Origin: an uncultured bacterium
GTDB taxonomy: Bacteria; Auribacterota; JACPWU01
Length of the DNA stretch: 32,000 nt
Direction: 5' to 3'
NCBI GenBank assembly: GCA_964640155.1
Contig: CAZXEQ010000002.1
Span: 300,001 to 332,000, forward strand
In this document: piece by piece, positions 8,215-20,963 of the stretch
Position numbering within the stretch: position 1 is the stretch's first letter
Layout of the letters: every line of letters begins with the position of its first letter
Made by a program: the position numbers and the translations under genes
Notes under the pieces: model-generated
The model's input: the letters and a program-made list of their open reading frames with translations, nothing else
Told to the model about the DNA's origin: nothing
The model's database searches: none

Positions 8215-9567
8215 ATGAGCGAAAAAACCGCATTACATCTTTCTGAGCTTTGGCCCAAATTCATGGATAGGGTTCGAGGTTCTGTTTCTATACAAACCTA
8301 TGACAGTTGGTTTGCGCCTATTCGTCCCCTATCTTTTAACAACAACATTTTAGAAATTGAAGTCCCTAATAATTTTTTTAGAGATTGGCTTTTAAAAAAT
8401 TATCAGAAGCAAATGGAAGAAATTTTAAATCATTTGGATGGTGGACCTGTTCGTTTAGACATAAAAATAAATAATTCTCCAGTTGCGATCCCCACAACAG
8501 CACCTGAATCTCCCAAAATTCATCTTAGAAGAACCATTGCCCCTCAAAAAGAAAAAAATTTAAATCCTAATTACACATTTGATCATTTTGTGGTGGGACC
8601 TTCCAATCGTTTCGCGCATGCAGCTTCTATTGCTGTCGCACAATCTCCAGCAAAGGCCTATAACCCTCTTTTTATTTATGGCGGAGTAGGGCTTGGAAAA
8701 ACGCATTTGATGCATGCCATCGGTCATTTTGTGGCTGAAAATGCCCCCAAAATGCGCATCCTTTATATTTCGAGCGAAGAATTTACCAATCATTTTATTG
8801 ATTCGATTCAAAACAACATGACCGTCCGATTCAGAAACAAATATAGAAGCGTGGATTTACTTTTAATTGATGATATTCACTTTCTTAGCGGAAAAGAACA
8901 AACCCAAGAAGAGTTTTTCCATACTTTTAACTCTCTTTATGATGCGCATAAACAAGTCGTTCTTTCCAGTGATCGTCCTCCCAAAGAAATTTCAAATTTA
9001 GAAGAACGATTGGTTTCAAGATTTGAGTGGGGCTTGGTCACAGATCTTCAAGCTCCTGATACAGAAACACGAATCGCCATATTAAGAAAAAAAGCTTCTT
9101 TATGTAATATTTCGCTTTCAGATGATTTAGCCTTTTTTCTGGCAAGTCGAGTTAAGACAAATATTCGAAAATTAGAGGGAGCACTTATTAAGGTCATTTC
9201 ATTTGCCGCTCTCAACAAAATAGAAGCCACGCCTAGTTTGGCTGAAGAATTGATTCATGATATTTTGGGAGAAGATAAAATTGTAACCATTGAAAACATT
9301 CAAAAGAAGATTGCTGAGCATTACGATCTTAGAATTTCCGATCTTGTGAGCAAAAAAAGGCCTCAAACCATTGCTTTACCTCGTCAAATTGCAATGTATT
9401 TGTCTCGAGAATTAACCAATCATTCTCTCCAGGAAATCGGAGAAGCTTTTGGTGGAAGAGATCACACAACAGTCCTTCATGCACATAGAACCATAGAAGC
9501 CCTTCAAGACAAAGATTTCAAAACAAAAAAGACGATTTCCTTCCTAAAACAAAAGTCTCAAGAGTAA
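8215..9567 (+). CDS. dnaA: Chromosomal replication initiator DnaA
   Basis: 450 aa. Walker A GGVGLGKTHLMHAIG, Walker B LLIDDIHFL, and a C-terminal DNA-binding domain with RQIAMYLSRELT and GGRDHTTVLHA. Confidence 0.97.
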   Translation: MSEKTALHLSELWPKFMDRVRGSVSIQTYDSWFAPIRPLSFNNNILEIEVPNNFFRDWLLKNYQKQMEEILNHLDGGPVRLDIKINNSPVAIPTTAPESPKIHLRRTIAPQKEKNLNPNYTFDHFVVGPSNRFAHAASIAVAQSPAKAYNPLFIYGGVGLGKTHLMHAIGHFVAENAPKMRILYISSEEFTNHFIDSIQNNMTVRFRNKYRSVDLLLIDDIHFLSGKEQTQEEFFHTFNSLYDAHKQVVLSSDRPPKEISNLEERLVSRFEWGLVTDLQAPDTETRIAILRKKASLCNISLSDDLAFFLASRVKTNIRKLEGALIKVISFAALNKIEATPSLAEELIHDILGEDKIVTIENIQKKIAEHYDLRISDLVSKKRPQTIALPRQIAMYLSRELTNHSLQEIGEAFGGRDHTTVLHAHRTIEALQDKDFKTKKTISFLKQKSQE

Positions 9568-9569
9568 AA

Positions 9570-9860
9570 CTATAATTCGTGGATAGTTAATCGTGTATTT
9601 TTTAAAAAACTTATCTAAAAATTTTCTTTTCCTTTCTCCTTTTCACAATTTATTATATCCCCTTTTTACATGTGGAAGGATTGTGCATTTTATGTGGATT
9701 TCTCATGGTTTTTTTTGTATAAGTTTTGTGGTCCACAAGTTCTTAACAAGTTATTCAGAAGCGAGTAAACAAGAGACTCACTTCAAATACACATATTCAC
9801 AGCCTTTATTACGACTATTATAATTATATATATAATTACTATTATTAAGATTGGGGGTTT
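9570..9860. other. oriC candidate (dnaA-dnaN intergenic): DnaA boxes plus AT-rich unwinding element
   Basis: Degenerate boxes: CGTGGATAG 9578-9586, TGTGGAAGG 9671-9679, TGTGGATTT 9693-9701, ATATTCACA 9793-9801. A 13-nt palindrome TTGTGGTCCACAA lies at 9726-9738. A nearly pure A/T stretch follows at about 9806-9850 (TTATTACGACTATTATAATTATATATATAATTACTATTATTAAG). Confidence 0.7.
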
Positions 9861-9863
9861 CGT

Positions 9864-10973
9864 ATGAAACTGAAATGTAAAAGAGATGACTTGCTCAACG
9901 GTTTTCAGCAAGTTCAAAATATTGCTAATTCTAGAACGACCCTTCCAATTTTAGGAAATGTCCTCTTAGATGCTAAAAAAGAATCTGTCACATTAACAGC
10001 TACTGATTTAGAAGTAGGAATGCAAATTAAAGTTCCCTCTAAAGTGGAAAAAGAAGGAATTACAACGCTTCCAGCTCGAAAAGTATTTAATCTTATTCGA
10101 GAACTTTCAAATTCAGATCTTGAAATTTCAGTAGAACCTAATCATATGGCCAGTATTTCTTCTGGAACCTCTTTTTTTAAAATTGTAGGTTTTTCAGAAT
10201 CAGACTTTCCAAAATTGCCTTCTTTTGAAAGAAAAAAAGGATATTTACTTGAACAAAATGTGTTAAAAGAGCTTATCCGAAAGACGGCATATGCTGTTTC
10301 CAAAGATGAAGCACGATATGTTTTGAGTGGTCTTTATTTTTCTTTTCAAAAAGACACGGTAACGACAGTTGCTACGGATGGTAGACGCTTGGCTTATGCA
10401 TCTGCTTCTGCAAAATTTTCGCAAGCAGAGAAAGAATTTATTCTCCCCTCTAAAACAGTTCAGGAAATATTAAAACTTTTGAAAGATGATGGAACGGTTG
10501 AGCTTATTTCTTTTGAAAATCAAGTCGCTTTTGTTTTTAAAAATGGGGAAGAATTAGAAGAATGTGTTCTTATTTCTAGATTGGTAGAAGGAAACTTTCC
10601 TAATTATAAACAAGTGATTCCAGAAAAGGTGAAGGAAAGGGTTGTTCTAAACAGAGAAGAATTTTTTGCTGCCATTAGAAGAGTTTCAGTTGTGACCAAT
10701 GAGAAATCAAGTATGGTTAAACTTTCTTTTACTAAAAATTTACTCACCTTAACAGCAAATACTCCTGATGTGGGTGAAGCAAAAGAAGAAATTCAGTTGG
10801 CTTATGAGGGAGCGGAAGTTCTGATTGCATTTAATCCTGCTTATGTAGCCGATGCACTTCGAAATTTAGATGAAGAAGAAATTACTTTTGAATTCAATGA
10901 CACTTTGAGTCCTGGAATCATTCGTTCAGGAAATAGTTTTCTTTATGTGATTATGCCGATGAGAGTTGTCTGA
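9864..10973 (+). CDS. dnaN: DNA polymerase III beta sliding clamp
   Basis: 369 aa. N-terminus MKLKCKRDDLLNGFQQVQNIANSRTTLPILGNVLL, internal ATDGRRLA, C-terminal MPMRV. RBS GGGGG upstream. Confidence 0.97.
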   Translation: MKLKCKRDDLLNGFQQVQNIANSRTTLPILGNVLLDAKKESVTLTATDLEVGMQIKVPSKVEKEGITTLPARKVFNLIRELSNSDLEISVEPNHMASISSGTSFFKIVGFSESDFPKLPSFERKKGYLLEQNVLKELIRKTAYAVSKDEARYVLSGLYFSFQKDTVTTVATDGRRLAYASASAKFSQAEKEFILPSKTVQEILKLLKDDGTVELISFENQVAFVFKNGEELEECVLISRLVEGNFPNYKQVIPEKVKERVVLNREEFFAAIRRVSVVTNEKSSMVKLSFTKNLLTLTANTPDVGEAKEEIQLAYEGAEVLIAFNPAYVADALRNLDEEEITFEFNDTLSPGIIRSGNSFLYVIMPMRVV

Positions 10974-11016
10974 AGAAAAACAGTCGACTTATGACTGATT
11001 TAAAGGGGTTATTTGT

Positions 11017-12100
11017 ATTCTTAGTCAATTAGAGATTGCTGATTATAGAAATGTTAAAGGAGCTCAATTCGAATTTTCCCCCTTTCATAATGTTTTTGTT
11101 GGAGAAAATGCTCAAGGGAAAACGAATCTCCTAGAAGTGATTTATCTTTTAGCTACAGGGCGAAGTTTTAGAACTTCTCATCTTGAAGATGTTTGTCCTT
11201 TAGAAGGTGGTTTTCCAAAATTAAAAGGTTTCTTCAAAGAGGGATTAAGAGATATTCATATCGAAGTTGATTTTTCTGGGGAAAGAAAAATTATTCGTGT
11301 CAATGGTCTTGAAAAATCAAGACTATCAGAACTTTTAGGACTTGTTCAAATTATTGATATTCTTCCCCATGATGTACTTCTTTTGGAAGGAGAACCTTCT
11401 CGAAGAAGAAGATTTTTAGATATTGCCATTTCTCAATGGGATAGGCGGTATTATCAGCATTTGGTTAAATATACCCAAGCGCTTCGTCAAAGAAATAAAG
11501 CACTTCAGGATATTAATTCTTTAGGGAGAGAAAAAATAAGAGTTTGGAACAAAATTTTAGAAGAAAATGGAAGTTTTGTTATTTGGCGTAGAAAAAAAGT
11601 GGTTCAAGCATTGAATGAAAGATTGGGAAATATTTATCCTGAGCTAACAGAAAAGGGAGATAAAGAAAAAGCAGAAGTTTCTTACAGTACAAGTTTAGAG
11701 GGAGAAGATATTTCCCAGATTGCAAATCAATTTTGCGAATGTCTTTTAGAAAGTGAAAATAAAGATTTAGCCATTGGTTTTACAAGTATAGGCCCGCATC
11801 GAGAAGATATTTTATTTCGACTAAATGGACAAGATGCAAAGTCTTTTGGTTCAGAAGGGCAAAAGCGGTCCTTGGTGATTGCATTAAAATTAGCTTTGGG
11901 TATTTTTTTAAAAGAAAAAGAAGATAAAGAGCCTATTTTTATTCTAGATGACGTTTTAACACAGTTGGATGGGGCTAGAAGAAGGGGGTTGATGCGGTTT
12001 TTAGATTCCTATCAATCTTTTTTATCGATCACCTCGATAGAGTTTCATCGAGACTTGATTCGTGAAGGAAAATGGTTTTCAGTAGAAAAAGGACATTACA

Positions 12101-12117
<17 letters not shown>
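11017..12117 (+). CDS. recF: DNA replication/repair protein RecF (start codon uncertain and non-canonical)
   Basis: The frame is open from 10999. Walker A GENAQGKTN is encoded at about 11101-11127, upstream of the GTG at 11137 used by the ORF track, so the real start must lie further 5'. There is no in-frame ATG/GTG/TTG between 10999 and 11136. ATT at 11017 sits 8 nt after AAAGGGG. Signature SEGQKRSL and Walker B IFILDDV are present. Confidence 0.85.
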
Positions 12118-14850
<2,733 letters not shown>

Positions 14851-14956
14851 ATCGTTATGCGTCGCACGTTGTGCGTGTTGCGTGTATAAGGTGAAAGATT
14901 TTTACATGACTCACGACGCGCATCTCGCATGACGCACAACTATTTTAGGAGAAAAT

Positions 14957-17458
14957 ATGGCTCAAGATAAAGACAATCAAGACAATAATCTTTTTACTCG
15001 AAATGAAAAAGTACTTCCGATTTCGATCGAAGAGGAAGTGCGAAATTCGTATTTAGACTATTCCATGAGCGTGATTGTCGGGCGTGCACTTCCCGATGTT
15101 CGTGATGGTTTGAAGCCTGTTCATCGACGTGTCCTTTATGCCATGCGCGATTTAGGATTGGTTCACAACCGTGAATATAAAAAGTCAGCTCGTATTGTGG
15201 GAGAAGTTTTAGGAAAATATCACCCTCATGGTGATGTGGCCGTCTATGACACGATGGTTCGTATGGTTCAAGATTTTTCAATGCGCTATCCCTTGATTGA
15301 CGGGCAAGGAAATTTTGGCTCTGTGGATGGGGACAATGCAGCGGCCATGCGTTATACAGAAGTACGTTTAACCGCTTTAGCCGAAGAAATGCTAGAAGAT
15401 ATTGATAAAGAAACAGTCGATTTTCGCCCTAACTTTGATGAATCTTTGGAAGAACCTGTCCTTCTTCCTTCTAAAATCCCCAATTTACTTTTAAATGGTT
15501 CGAGTGGTATTGCAGTTGGCATGGCGACAAATATTCCTCCTCATAATCTCAATGAAGTTTGCGAAGCTTTGAAACATTTGATTGATCATCCACAAGCAAC
15601 GGTCGAAGAAATAATGAAAAAAATACCGGGCCCTGATTTCCCAACAGGCGGTATCATTTGTGGTTTACAAGGAATTCGAGATGCTTACACCACGGGACGG
15701 GGCTTGATTCGAGTCCGTGCAAAAGCCGGTGTTGAGGAAGTCAAAGGTGGCAAGATGAATATCATTGTGACTGAAATTCCATTCATGGTGAATAAATCTT
15801 CGCTCTTAGAAAAAGTGGTTCAGTTGATTCAAGATAAAAAGATTACAGGCATCAGTGATTTGAGAGATGAATCAGACAAAGACGGAATGAGAATTGTTTT
15901 CGAACTTAAACGAGGTGAGCCCGAACAAGTTGTTTTGAATCAACTTTACAAACACACGCAAATGCAAGAAACCTTTGGTGTGATTCTTCTTTCTTTGGAT
16001 CAAGGCATGCCCAAAGTTTTAAATTTAAAGAGCATCTTACAGAGACATGTGGATCATCGAAAAGTCATCATTATTCGAAGAACTAAATTTGAACTTCGAA
16101 ATGCTGAAGACAGAGCTCATATTTTGGAAGGTTTTAAAATTGCTCTGGATCATATTGATCAAATCGTGAAAACGATTCGTGAAGCCAAAGACCGCAAAGA
16201 CGCTTTTGAAAAGTTGATGAAAAAATTTGACTTAAGTGATCGACAGGCTACGGCTATTTTGGACATGCGCCTTTATCAACTCACAGGCCTTGAGAGAAAT
16301 AAAATCGAGGAAGAGTATTTAGAAGTTATTAAACGCATTGCTTATTTGAAAGGTCTTTTGGCCAGCGAGAAAAAAGTTTTGGACTTGATCAAAAAAGAAT
16401 TAGACGATCTTAAAGAAAAATATGGCGATGAAAGAAGAACGGGTTTTGCCAGTGATGAAAAAGAATTTAAGTTAGAAGATTTGATTGTGGATGAAACAGC
16501 GATTATCACCGTGACCCATTCAGGATATGTGAAACGTACCTCTCCAAGCCTTTATCGCCAGCAAAAAAGAGGAGGCAAGGGAATGGTGGGAATGGAAACG
16601 CGTGATGAAGATTTTGTTGAAGATCTTTTCACGGCATCCACCCATGATTATCTTTTATTCATTACAGAAAATGGACATCTCTATTGGTTAAAGGTCTATG
16701 AAATCCCTCAGGCCAGTCGACAAGCCAAAGGCAAGGCCATTGTCAATTTGGTTGAAATGGAACCTGGGGAGAAACTCGCCACATCTATTTGTGTGCGCGA
16801 TTTTACTCAAGCGTTGAGTGTGGTGATGGTTACAAAAGATGGCACCATTAAGAAAACACCCCTAGAAGCCTTCAGTCATCCCAGGAAGGGTGGAATCATT
16901 GCCATGAAGGTGGAGGGTAAGGATCGTTTGGTTAGTGCAAGATTAGTGGGAGATGATGATGATATTTTGATTGCAACCCATTTAGGGCAATCCATTCGAT
17001 TTCATGCGAAAAAATTAAGAGACATGGGGCGTGCGACTCAAGGTGTACGTGGGATTACTTTGGACAAGGGAGATTATGTGGTGGCCATGGAAATTGTTCA
17101 AAAAGAAGCGACACTTCTTATGGTGACAGAAAATGGGTATGGGAAGCGCACTCAATTTGATGAATATCGTCTACAGGGAAGAGCGGGCAAAGGAATTATT
17201 GCCATCAAAACGAAAGATCGCAATGGGCCGGTGGTTGGAGCTTTATCCGTTACAGATCAAGACGAGGTGATGATGATTACCGCCACAGGTAAAATGATTC
17301 GCATGGGAGTTCATGGTATTTCCGTCATTGGCCGTAACACACAAGGAGTTCGACTGATTAATTTAGCAGCCAAAGATAAAGTGGTAGCTGTATCTAAAGT
17401 AGCAGACGATGATGAGGCCGTCGTGGTAGAAGGAGAAGGAGCAGATGCTGGATCTTAA
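14957..17458 (+). CDS. gyrA: DNA gyrase subunit A
   Basis: 833 aa. [17 protein letters not shown], active-site AAMRYTE, and C-terminal beta-pinwheel repeats. RBS AGGAG upstream. Confidence 0.98.
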   Translation: MAQDKDNQDNNLFTRNEKVLPISIEEEVRNSYLDYSMSVIVGRALPDVRDGLKPVHRRVLYAMRDLGLVHNREYKKSARIVGEVLGKYHPHGDVAVYDTMVRMVQDFSMRYPLIDGQGNFGSVDGDNAAAMRYTEVRLTALAEEMLEDIDKETVDFRPNFDESLEEPVLLPSKIPNLLLNGSSGIAVGMATNIPPHNLNEVCEALKHLIDHPQATVEEIMKKIPGPDFPTGGIICGLQGIRDAYTTGRGLIRVRAKAGVEEVKGGKMNIIVTEIPFMVNKSSLLEKVVQLIQDKKITGISDLRDESDKDGMRIVFELKRGEPEQVVLNQLYKHTQMQETFGVILLSLDQGMPKVLNLKSILQRHVDHRKVIIIRRTKFELRNAEDRAHILEGFKIALDHIDQIVKTIREAKDRKDAFEKLMKKFDLSDRQATAILDMRLYQLTGLERNKIEEEYLEVIKRIAYLKGLLASEKKVLDLIKKELDDLKEKYGDERRTGFASDEKEFKLEDLIVDETAIITVTHSGYVKRTSPSLYRQQKRGGKGMVGMETRDEDFVEDLFTASTHDYLLFITENGHLYWLKVYEIPQASRQAKGKAIVNLVEMEPGEKLATSICVRDFTQALSVVMVTKDGTIKKTPLEAFSHPRKGGIIAMKVEGKDRLVSARLVGDDDDILIATHLGQSIRFHAKKLRDMGRATQGVRGITLDKGDYVVAMEIVQKEATLLMVTENGYGKRTQFDEYRLQGRAGKGIIAIKTKDRNGPVVGALSVTDQDEVMMITATGKMIRMGVHGISVIGRNTQGVRLINLAAKDKVVAVSKVADDDEAVVVEGEGADAGS

Positions 17459-18713
17459 GTTTATTCGTGAAAATACAGCTCAGGTCAAAGAAGGGGTTAA
17501 GAGCAAGGGCGTTCAATTTGACTTAGACGAAATTCTTTCTCTCGATGAAAAGCGGCGGACTTTGCTAAAAGAGTTGGAAACTTTGCGCCAGCAAATGAAT
17601 CAATCCGCTAAAGAAATTGGATTGCTTAAGTCTAAAGGCCAATCCGTTGAAGATAAAATGCAGAATCAGAAGGTTCTGTCCCAAAAAATAGCTAATTTTG
17701 AAAAAGAAGTGGGTGAAATAGACGATAATTTGTCAAAAAAATATCTATATATCCCAAATATACCTCATAATACAGTCCCTTTAGGAGTTTCAGAAGAGCA
17801 AAACGTAGAAGTACGTCAATGGGGAGAAAAACCTGTTTTTGATTTTCAGCCTATTCCACATTGGGACATTGGGGAAAAGTTAGGAATTTTAGATTTAAAA
17901 AGAGGTTCCAAAATTACCGGAGCTGGTTTCGTCGTTTATCGTAAATCAGGGGCCAAGCTTGAACGTGCTTTGATCAGTTTTATGATTGATCTTCATGTCA
18001 AACAACATGGCTATGAAGAAGTTTTCCCTCCCTTTGTGGTTAATCGCAAGAGTATGACGGGAACAGGACAACTTCCCAAACTTGAAAAGGACATGTACCG
18101 GATTGAAGAAGATGATCTTTTTCTTATTCCCACAGCAGAAGTTCCTGTGACCAATCTTTACATGGATGAGGTTTTGGAAGAAAAGGATTTTCCTATGGCT
18201 TTAGTGGCTTATACGCCTTGCTTTCGAAGAGAAGCGGGATCTTATGGAAAAGATACGCGGGGTATTATTCGGGTTCATCAATTTGATAAAGTAGAAATGG
18301 TACGTTTTACAACCCCCGAAAGTTCTTATGATGAATTAGAAAAGTTGGTGGGGCATGCAGAAGATGTATTGAAAGCATTAGGACTTCATTATCGTGTTCG
18401 CTTGCTTTGTTCAGGGGATATGAGTTTTGCAGCCGCGAAATGTTATGACATTGAAGTTTGGGCTCCCGCACAAAATAAATATTTGGAAGTTTCTTCCTGC
18501 AGCAATTTTGAAAGTTTTCAAGCCCGTCGAGGAAATATTAAATACAAAACCAAACAGGGAAAACAACAACATGTACACACCCTCAACGGTTCAGGGATTG
18601 CTTTGGCCAGGACCTTTGTTGCGATCTTAGAGAATTATCAGCAAAAAGATGGAAGTGTTCGCATTCCCCCCGCGTTGATTCCTTATATGGATGGACAGAC
18701 GATCATTCAATAG
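17445..18713 (+). CDS. serS: Serine--tRNA ligase
   Basis: 422 aa. [12 protein letters not shown]-terminal coiled coil and class II motifs FRREAGS and [18 protein letters not shown]. Overlaps the gyrA end by 14 nt. Confidence 0.97.
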   Translation: MLDLKFIRENTAQVKEGVKSKGVQFDLDEILSLDEKRRTLLKELETLRQQMNQSAKEIGLLKSKGQSVEDKMQNQKVLSQKIANFEKEVGEIDDNLSKKYLYIPNIPHNTVPLGVSEEQNVEVRQWGEKPVFDFQPIPHWDIGEKLGILDLKRGSKITGAGFVVYRKSGAKLERALISFMIDLHVKQHGYEEVFPPFVVNRKSMTGTGQLPKLEKDMYRIEEDDLFLIPTAEVPVTNLYMDEVLEEKDFPMALVAYTPCFRREAGSYGKDTRGIIRVHQFDKVEMVRFTTPESSYDELEKLVGHAEDVLKALGLHYRVRLLCSGDMSFAAAKCYDIEVWAPAQNKYLEVSSCSNFESFQARRGNIKYKTKQGKQQHVHTLNGSGIALARTFVAILENYQQKDGSVRIPPALIPYMDGQTIIQ

Positions 18714-18845
18714 CTGGCCTAGTTTTTTAACAATACGAAGTCCTGAAGCGAATGATTGCATTTACCTCTGCATTATGAGAAATTCTTTCCTAGATTTTCA
18801 ACTGTTTTAAACAATATTCTAAATAATAGAAAGTGCTAGATTAAG

Positions 18846-19469
18846 ATGAAAATACGTCTTTTAAGTGGGGTATTTCTTTTGGTCTATTCTTTGACTTATG
18901 CAGGGCCAGAAGAAGATATTCGAGCAACTTTTGAAAATTATCGATTGGCTTTATTAGCTGAGGATGGAGAAAAGGCTTGGGATGTTATTGATTTTCAGAC
19001 GCGAAAGATTTATGAAAAATACGCAGATCAAAGTTTAACTTTATCCCAGACAGAATTAAATTCCGTAGATTTTATATCGAAAATAACAGTGCTCAGACTT
19101 CGGTTAGAATTAAAGAAAAAACAATTACAAGAAATGAATGGGGAAGAACTTTTTATCTATGCCATTCAAAAAGGAATGATTAGTAAGGCCAGTGCTCAGA
19201 GAATAAAGTTAGAAAAAATTACTATGAATGGAAATGAAGCTCAAGCTTATCTGGCCACTGCTCCAAGTATTCCTGTATTCTTCTTTGTCAATGAAAGTGG
19301 ATCTTGGAAATTGGCATTATCAAAAAGTTTTAACTTGGCCAATGAGGCCATGGCAAAAGTTATTGAAGCCAGTGGAATGTCTGAACAAGAATATATAGAA
19401 TTTCTGTTAAAGGGTGTTTCTTCAAATCGTGAAGTTGATAAAAGAATTTTTGAAGGACCCTTAGAATAA
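18846..19469 (+). CDS. Hypothetical secreted protein (signal peptide)
   Basis: 207 aa with a hydrophobic N-terminus MKIRLLSGVFLLVYSLTYAG. I recognise no family. Confidence 0.55.
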   Translation: MKIRLLSGVFLLVYSLTYAGPEEDIRATFENYRLALLAEDGEKAWDVIDFQTRKIYEKYADQSLTLSQTELNSVDFISKITVLRLRLELKKKQLQEMNGEELFIYAIQKGMISKASAQRIKLEKITMNGNEAQAYLATAPSIPVFFFVNESGSWKLALSKSFNLANEAMAKVIEASGMSEQEYIEFLLKGVSSNREVDKRIFEGPLE

Positions 19470-19540
19470 GTAAAAATAGTGGCTGTTCTTTAAAAAATAA
19501 AGACTGAATAACGTATACCAGCAACACGCGACGATTTTAT

Positions 19541-19630
19541 GGAGAGGTGGCTGAGTGGTTTAAGGCGGCGGTCTTGAAAACCGTTGTGCCCGTAAGGGTA
19601 CCGGGGGTTCGAATCCCTCCCTCTCCGCCA
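19541..19630 (+). tRNA. tRNA-Ser (anticodon UGA), class II with long variable arm, CCA encoded
   Basis: GGAGAGG acceptor stem, anticodon loop CTTGAAA (TGA), variable arm TGTGCCCGTAAGGGTAC, T-arm GGGGGTTCGAATCCCTCC, 3' CCTCTCC-G-CCA. Closely parallels E. coli tRNA-Ser(UGA). Confidence 0.95.
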
Positions 19631-19797
19631 ATTCGGAAATGAAGTCATTGGCTCTCCAGCCGTTTTTCGGGGAAATTTCAAGAGCCCCATGATTGCCGAA
19701 TGGGAAAGACAGTTGAGGGATAATATGGTCGGATTAGAACGGCTGATTTAGAAAAGAATTTGGAAGAAAATTAATTATAAGTAACTAGCAAACATAT

Positions 19798-20226
19798 ATG
19801 ACAACAATCAATCCATGGATTAACTTCAACGGAAATGCAGAAGAAGCATTTCTATTTTATAAATCAGTATTTGGCGGAGAGTTCGCAAAAATTATGCGTC
19901 TCAAAGACCTATCAAGCCCTGAATTCCCCGTAGCAGAAAAAGATGCAAACAAGATTATGTATATTGCTTTACCTGTTGGCAAAAATATTTTAATTGCCAA
20001 TGATGTTCCAGAAAGTATGGGACGGGTAAACGAAAATGAAAATAGATCAAAAATTTCAATTAGTGCAGACAGTAAAGAAGAAGCAGATAAATTGTTCAAC
20101 GGACTTTCGGCAGGTGGTAAGGTTGAAATGCCTATTACCGACAGTCCTTGGGGTTCATACTTTGGAATGTTTAGAGATAAATTTGGCATTGAATGGATGG
20201 TGGAGTTTAATCCAAACAGACACTGA
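19798..20226 (+). CDS. VOC-superfamily protein, PhnB-like (3-demethylubiquinone-9 3-methyltransferase-domain family)
   Basis: 142 aa. INPWINFNGNAEEAFLFYKSVFGGEF and SPWGSYFGMFRDKFGIEWMV are typical PhnB-like blocks. Confidence 0.8.
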   Translation: MTTINPWINFNGNAEEAFLFYKSVFGGEFAKIMRLKDLSSPEFPVAEKDANKIMYIALPVGKNILIANDVPESMGRVNENENRSKISISADSKEEADKLFNGLSAGGKVEMPITDSPWGSYFGMFRDKFGIEWMVEFNPNRH

Positions 20227-20352
20227 CATGCGTTAGGATAAGGACGTTCCTTGAATAAAATATGTTATGAGCTATGTGTTATTCCTCAGAGTCGTAAAAA
20301 TGAATTATCTTAAATTTTAGAAATTTTAAGTAAAGTATTGTGGAGATAATTT

Positions 20353-20934
20353 ATGCCACAAAGAGAAAAAATTCGAAAACGCTGTACTTGGCCAGGTAAT
20401 AACTCACTGATGATCGAGTATCATGATAAAGAATGGGGAGTTCCTGTTCATAATGATCAAAAACTTTTTGAGTTTCTTATTCTTGAAGGGGCACAAGCAG
20501 GACTCTCGTGGCAGACGGTCTTAAATAAGCGAGAAAATTATCGTAATGCGTTGCATAACTTTGATGTGCGCAAGATCTCAGGTTTTGGGGCAAAAGATGT
20601 AGCACGCCTTCTTGCCAACTCCGGCATTATCCGAAACCGACTCAAGATTGTTGCAACCATCAAAAATGCTAAGAGATTTTTAGAAATTCAAAAAGAATTT
20701 GGTTCTTTTGATGCGTATATTTGGCAATTTGTTGAGAATAAACCCATCAAGAATAAAATCCGATCCATGAAAGATATTTTACCAATGACGAAAGAATCGG
20801 ATGCTATGAGCAAAGATTTGCTGAAGCGTGGGTTTAAGTTTGTTGGTTCTACTATTTGCTATGCTTTCATGCAAGCGGTCGGCATGGTTAATGATCATTG
20901 GATAACTTGCTTTAGATATAATGAAGTTGGGTAG
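20353..20934 (+). CDS. tag: DNA-3-methyladenine glycosylase I
   Basis: 193 aa. RCTWPGNNSLMIEYHDKEWGVPVHNDQKLFEFLILEGAQAGLSW and AFMQAVGMVNDH are canonical Tag blocks. Confidence 0.92.
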   Translation: MPQREKIRKRCTWPGNNSLMIEYHDKEWGVPVHNDQKLFEFLILEGAQAGLSWQTVLNKRENYRNALHNFDVRKISGFGAKDVARLLANSGIIRNRLKIVATIKNAKRFLEIQKEFGSFDAYIWQFVENKPIKNKIRSMKDILPMTKESDAMSKDLLKRGFKFVGSTICYAFMQAVGMVNDHWITCFRYNEVG

Positions 20935-20963
20935 AAGCTTTTTTTCTAAAGGAGAATGTCGCT

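Noticed and set aside
9593-9823. 76-aa ORF between dnaA and dnaN
   Set aside because: It lies within the DnaA-box/AT-rich oriC region. It has low-complexity Phe/Leu-rich translation and no RBS.
11137-11139. GTG start for recF, as in the ORF track
   Set aside because: It would delete the Walker A P-loop (GENAQGKT) and the conserved N-terminal LxIxxYRN block, both of which are encoded in frame upstream.
19490-19690. 66-aa minus-strand ORF
   Set aside because: It is antisense to and fully spans tRNA-Ser(UGA), so it is an artefact.
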